A stretch of 64,000 bases of DNA, from assembly GCF_023055435.1 (NCBI RefSeq), contig NW_025963779.1, positions 84,444,001 through 84,508,000 of the forward strand, written 5' to 3'. The translations under genes and the position numbers were made by a program. The stretch's first letter is position 1, and each line of letters begins with the position of its first letter. The notes beneath the pieces are model-generated. The model saw only the letters and a program-made list of their open reading frames with translations. It was not told where the DNA came from and made no database searches. Shown piece by piece: positions 12,801 to 23,711 of the stretch. Origin of the DNA: Haliotis rufescens. Lineage: Eukaryota.

Positions 12801-14833
12801 TGGAATGCTTCAGTGTCCCGAGACGACTCTCTTCAATGAAAACACCCAGAGGTGTGAATACCCATTAGATTTCAACTGTCAGGTAGCCCTCAACGAAAAC
12901 CCAGGTAACGAAACATAAATGATGCATATGATATTATTTATTTCGTAGCAATAGTGAAATAGCGTTGTCATCTCAGACGAGAACATTAATATAATCTGAT
13001 TGATTTTTTTATGTTTTCAACTAAGCATTGCCTAGCAACTGGTTATCATTTACAGTTCAGATTGACAATGTACACCCGTTTTGTGAACAGAAAGAATTCT
13101 GAGACGTAACTTTCTTTATTCCCGGAATGCACAAGATGCTTCACGGGACCGTGACTGTCTTTTCAAATGGCTTGCTACGTGCAACGTTGGCAGGTTGAAT
13201 AATCTTTTAAGTCATATAGTCTATATCAGTTATTTCAGTAACTAGTATTTATAAACTTAGTAGAACCCAGTTGCCGCTAATAACCGTTGAATGCTTTAAG
13301 ATGATCAACAGCGGACACGGGGTACGTTCCCGAAGCAAGAGAGTCAACTGACTTTGAAAGTCCAATTTTCCTCTTGCCGAACTAGGCTGGAATTATGGAG
13401 TTATATCTTGAGTGAGTGAGTGAGTATGGTTTAACGCCGCTTTTAGCAATATCCCAGTAATATCACGGCGGGGGGCACCAGAAATGGGCTTCACACATTG
13501 TACCCATGTCGGCAATCGAACCCGGGTCTTCGGCGTGACGAGCAAACGCTTTAACCACAAGGCTACCCGACCGCCCGAGTTATATCTTGGCTGGCCAAAC
13601 GAGTCTATTCACAGTCCAATCAAAATCGTGTGAGGAATTTGACATCCGGTTCGTTAACTGCCTGGCAGATTTCGGTCGATTGCAGGGTTTGTAAAGCATG
13701 TGTGTCGTCAAATCGGCGTCAACGGATATTTTGCAAATCCTTTCATGTTTCTAATCAAGGTGTTCATGTGATCTGATGCACTTCGAGAAGTAAGACCCAT
13801 TTTTTTACAATATAGATCTTGATTATCGATTGTCTTGACTTCGCGCAGCAACTTTGTTTGAAGCAAGTGCAAGTGATATGAGAAGTGGAATCTGATTGGT
13901 CAAAAGGAGGAACATAGAAGGGAAATAACTCATAATAGCCACTGGTGGCGCAACGATTGAGCCCAGAAATTCCAGCATAGTTTGACAAGGGTGGAAACTG
14001 GGCTTTTACAGTCAACTGACTCTTGCCTCGGGAAGATGGTCACTGGTTGGCCATGAATCCGAAACCCGACCGGAAATACTGTGGCTTTTCCACGGTCCAT
14101 AACAATACACTAAAGGAGGAACCCTCACTCCAACCCTCACTCAACCTAAATAATAAATGTCAACAGGAAGGGACGATCGTGAATCGAGAAAGGAATCGAT
14201 ATCTTGCTATTTTCTTTTTGATATTATCAATCAAGAAATAGCTCTTGAGCATAAAGTATATATTGTTAAGATGCCAGTCTAGTGGTGATGTTGCCAGGAT
14301 TTCCTTCAGGCGGTTTGTTACTAGGTGACTTAAGCAAAATTTCACAAATACGAAATAAACTTAAGGTTTTCGAATGTTATGCCTCCCGTTAAGCCTGATA
14401 ACTAATGTCAGTAGCCTTTAACTTATCAATAATAATATCAAAATATGACATTTTATTATATTTTCTTTCTCTATTTAATGAAATCACATAAGTAGGATTG
14501 ATATTATTTCTATTAATCTCGACTACTGTGAGAAAAAGAACTAACTGATCTTGCTTCAGGGACATAGGCGTGTGATTCGAAGATGGTTACAGTTCTTATG
14601 TGCACGTGATTTCTGTTAAACGCTGTATTGTACGTATGTGTTTGCTTCCAGACTGTGTGACCGGCGTGGCTCCCAACAATTGCTCAGCCTTCACATACTG
14701 CTATCTTAACACCCAGTACAACTTCAGCTGCAACCAAGACCTCTACTACTCTCAGAGCAAACTCACCTGTGTGTACGCCGAGGATCTGACAGAGGATGAC
14801 AAACTCAGATGCAACTTCCGCAACGGACAATAG
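9812..14833 (+). CDS. Secreted chitin-binding type-2 (peritrophin-A/CBM14) double-domain protein, copy A2; join(9812..9884,12701..12904,14652..14833), 152 aa
   Basis: Signal peptide MASAVLGLLLGCLAMSSA. GT-AG phase-1 introns give a continuous frame. Domain 1 is C-X16-C-X5-C-X10-C-X12-C-X7-C and domain 2 is C-X8-C-X5-C-X9-C-X12-C-X13-C, with aromatics in the X5 and X12 loops. TATA-like box at 9722; AATAAA ~35 nt after the stop. Confidence 0.88.
11459..12700 (+). repeat. 46-bp splice-acceptor minisatellite, 27 units (A2 intron 1)
   Basis: 1242 bp = 27 x 46. Confidence 0.97.
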
Positions 14834-15164
14834 GATTCAGCATAAACAATGTATTCTCTGAACTTCAAATAAAACCAGTCAAATTATTTTAATTTTGTGA
14901 TGCATATATTTTCAAACGACGAGCGAGACAATAGTTCATCTGCTGTCAAGTGAGTGGGGGTCGGCATGGCGTGTTAATGCTGCATCTGCCTGCTGCATCA
15001 CGGCGGCCTAAATGACGACTTTAGTTCTGAGAAGGTCGTTAAGTGTATGGTCCCAGTCACCTCGGAGGAATGACACACCTAATACGTGAGACCTCTGGCG
15101 GGGAACGACTTCAAAATTCAAAAACACTTCCTTTTTATGCAAATTGTGTGAGTGCTAGCAGCTA

Positions 15165-15257
15165 CGGGCGAGGTAGGGCAGGGCAGGGCAGGGCAGGGCA
15201 GCTACGGGCGAGGCAGGGCAGGGCAGGGCAGGGCAGGGCAGGGCAGGGCAGGGCAGG
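15165..15257 (+). repeat. (GGGCA)n pentanucleotide repeat
   Basis: Direct reading; equivalent positions after A1 and A4 are N gaps. Confidence 0.9.
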
Positions 15258-15466
15258 CTTAACCTTTCGCGAACAACTGGTGTCATCTCTGATTTTCAGT
15301 GGTTCATTCATATAATGCTCACCACTATGTTTCCTTTTCCTTTTAATGCAGACTGGTTATTCTCTGGCGTTGAATATTCCCGTTCTTGTGCTATGCCCTC
15401 TCCATCCTATCTCCGTATAATAGCCTTTGTCGGGCCTACGGTACCGTTACAATCTATATTCTTCCC

Positions 15467-16295
15467 TCCTCGTTATCAATGCTGTTGATAACGGTTGTCG
15501 GGTATAAGACCATGTACGTTCCTCGTTATGAATGCTGTTGATCAAGGTTGTCGGGTATAAGGCCATGTACGTTCCTAGCTGTGAATGCTGTTGATAAGGG
15601 TTGTTGTGTACAAGACCATGTACGTTCCTCGTTAAGAATGTTGTTGATAAGGGTTGTTGTGTACAAGACCATGTACTTTCCTCGTTATGAATGCTGTTGA
15701 TGAAGGTTTTCGGGTATAAGACCATGTACGTTCCTCGTTATGACTGCTGTTGATGAAGGTTGTTGGGTACAAGACCATGTACGTTCCTCGTGATGAATGC
15801 TATTGATGAAGGTTGTCGGGTATAAGACCATGTACGTTCCTCGTTAAGAATGTTGTTGATAAGGGTTGTTGTGTACAAGACCATGTACGTTCCTCGTTAT
15901 GAATGCTGTTGATGAAGGTTGTCGGGTATAAGACCATGTACGTTCCTCGTTATGAATGCTGTTGATGAAGGTTGTTGGGTATAAGACCATGTACGTTCCT
16001 CGTTATGAATGCTATTGATGAAGGTTGTCGGGTATAAGACCATGTACGTTCATCATTGTGAATGCTGTGATGAAGGTTGTCGGGTATAAGACCATATACG
16101 TTCCTCGTTATGGATGTTGTTGATGAAGGTTGTCGGGTATAAGATCATAAACGTTCCTCGTTATGAATGCTATTCATGAAGGTTGTCGGGTATAAGACCA
16201 TGTTCGTTGCTCGTTGTGAATGCTGTTGATACAGATTGTCGAGCATGACACCGAGACCATAGTCGTTTCTCGTTATCATTGCTGTTGACAAGGGT
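15467..16295. repeat. 53-bp minisatellite (~15 units) downstream of A2
   Basis: Same unit. Confidence 0.95.
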
Positions 16296-17475
16296 TAACT
16301 AATACGCCATCCTCCCCCTATATAATCTTGTAATCCTTATCCGATAATAGCTCTTCACAGCCAATCTCTTGTTGACTCCATACGAAAAATATCCACACAT
16401 AAATACCAAGTTCCGTACTGCAGACACCCAGATGCTCTTGCCTGTGTCATGAAGTTGCTGTAATATGTCATACTAGTGAGTCAGGTATCTATGTCCATCC
16501 ATGCTGAAGAACTTCAATGTTTGACACCTCGTATCTGACTAGAAATATACTAGAGTATAAGGGCAAAGTTCACAAGGCATGGCCTTATTTGAAGCGCATT
16601 TACAAGTCCTAAATGTCGCATAAAGAACAAAGTGAGAACTTGCTTCAGTGGATTCCTAATACCTGAGTCCCCATCCTTTCGATCCAAATAATAAAATATG
16701 TGCGCTTTTACAGTCACATCGTGGCCGTAGTACATGATTTATAATTGTTCTTGAATAATTTGTAAATTGGCCAAATTGTTTCAGATGGTTGTAGAGCTAG
16801 TTATTTGCTAGCCATAGACCACATTAACCTTGAAGAGGCACTCCTAAATACTTATAATATGTAACAACCTTTAAGGCAGTATTACTGTATGTCCATGTTT
16901 CATGTTTAGTTATCATGTCCCCATTCTGAATACATCGATACAGTATCATCACTATTTGACAGCGATTCATTGACACATGGACCGCCTCCGTGGTCTAGTG
17001 GTAGAGCGTCCGCCCGGAAAGCGGAAGGTCCGGGGTTCGATCTCGGGCCGCGTCATACCAAAAGACGTTAAAATATGGTACAAGCAGACACATACACACA
17101 CGTGCATGCACGTCGCTATATGAGTGCAATAATCTTGGACGCGACGTTAAACCCAATTTCACCTCATTGACAAAAGCTTTTTTGCCGCTTTTATTTGATC
17201 CGGATTTACTTCTGAATCATCCTTACCTATCCCAGTATGACATGATAACGGTTGTTTTCTACCACATAGCAAATAATCATTACAGGAGAGTCAGAGGGGA
17301 AACCAGCAAAGCACATGACATACTCATTACAGGAGAGTCAGAGGGAAACCAGCGCAGCACATAACATGCTCATTACGGGAGAGTCAGAGGGGGAACCAGC
17401 GAAGCACATGACATACTCATTACAGGAGAGTCAGAGGGAAACCAGCGCAGCACATAATATTCTCATTACGGGAAA

Positions 17476-18400
17476 ATAATTAAATTTTCGTTGTGTTCAT
17501 GGAAATTCCTGCATTCTGATTAGCTGAATTGGTCACGTGTTATTGCTTTCATTTCCCAATGAATGAAAAAAATTAGCCACGCCCACCGCGGCGCACTACT
17601 TTTATTACTGCGGAATGTCAGGGAATCCCAATTTTTCCGTCGAGGGAATTCCCTTTCTGCTCACGTGTATCGTCATGCACAGGACATTTAGCGACTTTCA
17701 TGCAAATTCGTTGTCCAAACTACCCTTTGAAAATTGAAACCGAAGGCCGAGAATGAATGAAACAGCAAACGTGCAGGCTCGCTCGCCTGTTTTTTCCGCT
17801 CGCCCCAGTTAAACTTTCATGTCTTCGGGTTTCATTTATAACTAGCATTTCTCCAACTGTGTTTTACCGTAATCAGGGAAGTAATGTTGAATAACGCAGT
17901 AAATGACCATGTTATTTGAAACAGCCGCCTTCTCTCGGACATATTTCTTCCGGTTCGTTACAGTCAGACTGTTGTAGTTCTTGTTTCCCTTTGCCGTAAT
18001 TGACAGGTCCAATGAAAATTGTTTTAATCCCACTCTCCGTTGATTGGCTACTGACTGTGTAGGCGTGTCAAGTTATGTACATAAATTAAACGATCACCTG
18101 ATTCATGTCACGTCACTGTATGTATTCCTACACCTGGATTGTTTATCAATGTCGTCATTTTTGTCTGTTTTGATATATGCAACTGTTTTGGGTTAAACTA
18201 TTGTAGATAAAACATGTTTTACGTTGTCGAATTTAGTTATAAGCATTGACAGTATATTTTTTTCGGTTCATTGAGGTATGAATCGAAAAACCGATGTGCA
18301 AACTTTTGTAAAAATCCGCTACGCCGATCCATACAGTTTGCACATCGGTTTTTCGATTCATACCTGAATGAACCGAAAAAAATATACAGTCAATCCTTAA
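17476..18400. mobile_element. 925-bp insertion specific to the second tandem unit; Crypton-like non-autonomous element
   Basis: Empty site at ~7898; no clear TSD; ~65-bp subterminal inverted repeat 18241-18305/18332-18398; CCGAAGGCCGAG motif; TTAA at or near both ends. Confidence 0.6.
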
Positions 18401-18876
18401 GTAAATCGTCCATGTCTCGCCCTTTGATACGTCATGTAAAGAAAAAGGAGTATTGTAGGCATATACGTTCTAACAACGGTGGATTTGCAAAGGCCTTCAC
18501 GTGACAAACATAACATTTAAAGAAAATGCCTCTTCATTTCTACCATTGATACAGTTAATTACAATAACCATCCCGATTTGTTTTTATCTGGCTGTGCAAA
18601 CTGTGCGCTGTAATTACTTTAAAACCATCCGGTAGACTAAACTGTCTTCATAAAGAGGAGAATCAACACTGACTAAACCCTTGGGTAATCAGACCGCCCT
18701 TTATTATGTTTTCGCCAATGGATGCGAGCGTAACGGGGGCCGTTACACAGGAATTTGAAAAATAGCAACAAAAAACTTGCAAATGGTATGTGTTGCCGCC
18801 AAATGGGGAACTAAGTTAGTGTATTACGTGAGCCTGATTTGAACAATGCCAAGAATTAAGGCAGGGAGCTGACACA

Positions 18877-20057
18877 GGATGCTCTCACTTTGCTGGCAAG
18901 TATTCTTCGTAACTATATCCAACGAGACAAATACAAAAATTGTGGAGGATGAAGACTATAGTTTGTTCCAGACTTGACAGACCCCAGCCTTCCGGCAAAG
19001 TGAGCGTAATTGTCAAGACATACATCACATAGACATATATAAGGTCTATAAATGAAACTAAAAACATGATGAGCAAACAAAAAAACCGTAATGAATAGCA
19101 CAATTATATTCATTTCACAAATTGAAATATACATTTCACAAAATGAAATGTGCACAATACGTCCAGTTTCCAGACGACATAACAACCAAACAAGGTGGGA
19201 AACGGAATCAACCTATTTAAGCGTTGATATGGTGCCATCTTCATTTTTGGCTGGCTAGTCGCTCGTCCAGTTGACGGTATTATCTCAGAGATCTCCACCC
19301 GGTCAGCTGGAGGATCGTTATCTCAGTGAAGATCTGCTCTGATTTGATGAAGTTTATGAATTTGAATACTGATGACTGGCAGTGATTTGTGCCATTTTGG
19401 AGTGCAAACACTCAACATGGTTAGTTGACCTTGACCCAACTTTGGTAAAATGGTTCCACAATACTGCTTCACCACCAAGGACCCCCTGATCAGTTGGGTC
19501 GTCAGCAAGCTTGCGCACACATAACCCTGGAATTATGCCCATTGTACATCAAACTCGACCCGTGAAGATTCCGGGGTAGAATAGGTCTTCAGCAACCCAT
19601 GCTTGCCGTACAAGGTGACTATGCTTGTCGTAAAAGGCGACTAACGGGATCGTGTGGTCAGGCTCGCTGACTTGGTTGATGCATGTCATCAATCCCAATT
19701 GCGTGGATCGATGCTCTCGATTATTTACATACCGCCGTCTGAGTGCGGCGTAAAACAAACAACTAACCAACCAACACCAAACTCTGTCCACCACGATAAT
19801 TAGGAATATATCTAACGTTGATCCGTGTAACTGCCATTTTGCAATAAGACTTAAAGGGGAGCACATTAATTACTTAAGATTGGTTTACCGTCTTCACTTT
19901 ATGTGTTTATTTAGTAAAACCCATAGTTTACTGACATATGATCATTTCCTGATAAAATAGTTGAAAGGTGAATCTCAGGTGAAACAGACTATAGCTTTTA
20001 ATTCACCGTATCGTTTTTTAAACCCCCTCTTGTCTGCCGGCAAAGTGGGAACAATCC
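18877..20057 (-). mobile_element. MULE relic upstream of A3
   Basis: Duplicate of 8376-9603. Confidence 0.7.
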
Positions 20058-20123
20058 GATAACACATGTAGTAACGTGCCTAATTATGGGTGCAGTCCCT
20101 CCCTTTTAGGGAAGAGCGATACA

Positions 20124-20184
20124 CTTCATTTAAATGAAGAATTTGCATAAGGTGTGTTTACCAGTAAGTTGGTAGTATATTAAA
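20124..20184 (+). promoter_or_regulatory. A3 core promoter
   Basis: Palindrome 20124-20139, ATTTGCATAAGG at 20141, TATATTAAA at 20176. Confidence 0.55.
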
Positions 20185-20265
20185 TCGATGGGTCGATTTT
20201 TCGTTCACTCGAAATTCAGCAACTCTTCCCCTTTCCGTCTCTCCAGTAATACACGCTCAGCAACC

Positions 20266-20353
20266 ATGTTGTCAGCGGTTCTTGGCTTGCTGTTGGGATG
20301 CCTGGCAATGTCCAGTGCACAAGTGCCAAAAGAAGAGTGTAAGTAGAAGTAGA

Positions 20354-20436
<83 letters not shown>

Positions 20437-22030
20437 CCTCTGTCCACTCAACATTTTAGCATAAGCGGTTGTTGTGATGTAAGGGAAGATTTGTCGAAGG
20501 TGGACCTATCACGGCAACATTCACTCAGAGGGCTGGGTATACACACAGGGGTTCACCTATGATCTTCCTGTGGGTCAGTGTGCTTCTGTTCAGCACGAAG
20601 AGCACTATCATCTGTTTCGACACAGTTTGTAAGAAAATACGTGAGTATATTTGGACAATAAGGGCAGTCGGAGCGCTAACACCACGAGGTGAAATAAGGC
20701 CCACAATACATCCGCAGCTAGAGATAAGCGAGGGCACATTCGCTTAGGTGTATACCCCTTTTGTCGAACCCGCTTGTGTCGAACCCGCTTGGGAATTCCG
20801 GGTAAGAATAGGTCCATATCAACCTATGCTTTTCGGACAAGGCGACTAAATGAGTAGGGTGGTCGGACTCTGTGCATGGCTTGATAGTGAGTTGACGGCG
20901 CGGATCGTTGTTCGATCAAGGGTTTAACATCCAAGGCCTCAGTAGGACATTATCAAATTTGACGCATCCGTGACAAAAATGATGTCACATACATTCCCTC
21001 TTTTGACTTGTACCATATGTTCCTGTTTTCCAGGTGAACAATTGACTTACCTTTGCATGTGTTTGTGACGGGTGCCACCGGTGGGGCAGGATACGCTCAT
21101 CTTTTCGTGAACATCTGGCATCATGACTATTTGGTAGTGATTCATAATCACTTGCTCATGATACATTCGGAATCGTACAATCGACTCTGGTAGATTTGTT
21201 ATGAATATGGAAAGGGATTTGTTGCTTATATTATCATGACATCAGTTACTGGTTTGTCTGGCCTAGATTCGATTATTTACAGGCCCCGTCATATTGTCAG
21301 AATATTACTAAGTTTGGCATATGCGTCCTGACTGTAATTGGTTCGTGTCGCAATGAAGGAAACGCTTTCATTGTACATGGGTTGGCATTGTCGGACTAAA
21401 TATACGGGAATATCTTGAGAATTCCCATTGCAGCAGAAGGTATCAGAACAGCAGGAGCCGTGTTGCTGGAACCAGACTCGACCTCGATAGTCCCACATGT
21501 TGACATCTCCTTCATGTAGCCTACCTGCCATGATCTCGCCATTGACGTATGAAATGATAGAGGTTGTCATTATTGACAATGCAGGGCCCATTTCGATGTC
21601 TGTATATTTATACCGACCTGACTGTGGCGGCACCGACGTTTCAGACTCTATGTGTGTACTAGATAATATAACTGTTTCACTGTCTTTCAGACTCTATGTG
21701 TGTACTAGATAATATAACTGTTTCACTGTCTTTCAGACTCTATGTGTGTACCAGATAATATAACTGTTTCACTGTCTTTCAGACTCTGTGTGTACTAGAT
21801 AATATGAATGTTTCACTGTCTTTCAGACGCGGTCCTATGTCTGAATAACTTCAACGATGAGTGGAAGTACGTGGCCCCTGGCTCGGGATGCAAGAGGTTC
21901 ATCAATTGCTATGGTCAGGATTACCATGGAATGCTTCAGTGTCCCGAGACGACTCTCTTCAATGAAAACACCCAGGCGTGTGAATACCTACTAGATTTCA
22001 ACTGTCAGGTAGCCCTCAACGAAAACCCAG
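20266..22030 (+). CDS. CBM14 gene copy A3, exons 1-2 only: join(20266..20338,21827..22030); own exon 3 deleted, may splice into A4 exons
   Basis: Intact promoter, signal peptide MLSAVLGLLLGCLAMSSAQVPKEE and open exon 2 with six Cys. Intron 2 is cut at ~23570, where it joins the 5' UTR of A4. Confidence 0.75.
21645..21826 (+). repeat. 46-bp splice-acceptor minisatellite, 4 units (A3)
   Basis: Same unit; the last has a 2-bp deletion. Confidence 0.95.
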
Positions 22031-23618
22031 GTAACGAAACATAAATGATGCATATGATATTAATTATTTCGTAGCAATAGTGAAATAGCGTTGTCATCTC
22101 AGACGAGAACATTAATATAATCTGATTGATTGTTTTGTGTATTCAACTAAGCATTGCCTAGCAACTGGTTATCATTTACAGTTCAGATTGACAATGTACT
22201 TCCGTTTTGTGAACAGAAAGAATTCTGAGACATGACTTTCTTTATTCCCCGAATGCACAAGATGCTTCACGGGACCGTGACTGTCTTTTCAAATGGCTGA
22301 TTATGTGCAACGTTGGCTGGTTGAATAATCTTTTAAGTCATATAGTCTATATCAGTTATTTCAGTTACTAGTATTTATTAACTTAGTTTAACCCAGTTGC
22401 CGCTGATAACCGTTGAATGCTTGAAGATGATCAACAGCGGACACGGGGTACGTTCCCGAAGCAAGAGAGTCAACTGACTTTGAAAGTCCAATTTTCTTCT
22501 TGCCGAGCTAGGCTGGAATTATGGAGTTATATGAGTGAGTGAGTATGGTTTTACGCCGCTTTTAGCAATATCCCAGTAATATCACGGCGGGGGGCACCAG
22601 AAATAGGCTTCACACATTGTACCCATGTCGGGAATCGAACCCGGTTCTTCGGCGTGACGAGCAAACGCTTTAACCACAAGGCTACCCGACCGCCCGAGTT
22701 ATATCTTGGCTGGCCAAACGAGTCTATTCACAGTCCAATCAAAATCGCGTGAGGAATTTGACATCCGGTTCGTTAACTGCCGGGCAGATTTCGGTCGATT
22801 GCAGGATTTGTAAAGCATGTGTGCCGTCAAATCGGCGTCAACAGATATTTTGCAAATCCTTTCATATTTCTAATCAAGGTGTTTATGTGATCTGATGTAC
22901 TTCGCGAAGTAAGACCCATTTTTTTACAATATAGATCTTGATTATCGATCGGATTGTCTTGACTTGGCGCAGCAACTTTGTTTGAAGCAAGTGCAAGTGA
23001 TATGAGAAGTGGAATCTGATTGGTCAAAAGGAGGAACGTAGAAGGGAAATAACTCATAATAGCCACTGGTGGCGCAACGATTGAGCCCAGAAATTCCAGC
23101 ATAGTTCGACAAGAGTGAAAACTGGGCTTTTACAGTCAGTTGACTCTCTTGCCTCGGGAAGATGGTCACTGGTTGGCCATGAATCCGAAACCCGACCGGA
23201 AATACTGTGTCTTTTCCACGTTCCATAACAATATACTAAAGGAGGAACCCTCACTCACCCAGTAGCTCATCCACCCCTCACTCACCCTGAAGGGTAAATG
23301 TCAACATTTTATATATTATCCATCAAGAAATACCTATGGAGCATATAGAATATATTGTTAAGATGCCAGTCAAGTGGTGATGTTGACAGGATTTCCTTCA
23401 GGCGGTTTGTTACTGCGTGACTTAAGCAAAATTTCACAAATACGATATAAACTTAAGATTTTCGAATGTTATGCCTCCCGTTAAGCCTGATAACTAATGT
23501 CAGTAGCCTTTAACTTATCAATAATAATATCAAAATATGACATTTTATTATATTTTCTTTCTCTATTTACATAGACTCTTCCCCTTCCCTTCTCTCCAGT
23601 AATTCACGCTCAGCAACC

Positions 23619-23661
23619 ATGGTGTCTAGTGCACAAGTGCAAGATGAAAATTGTAAGTAGA

Positions 23662-23711
<50 letters not shown>

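Noticed and set aside
19557-19650. HDV-like ribozyme assignment for the structured head
   Set aside because: A CTAA followed by a P2-like strand is present, but P1/P3/P1.1 cannot be placed in the HDV order.
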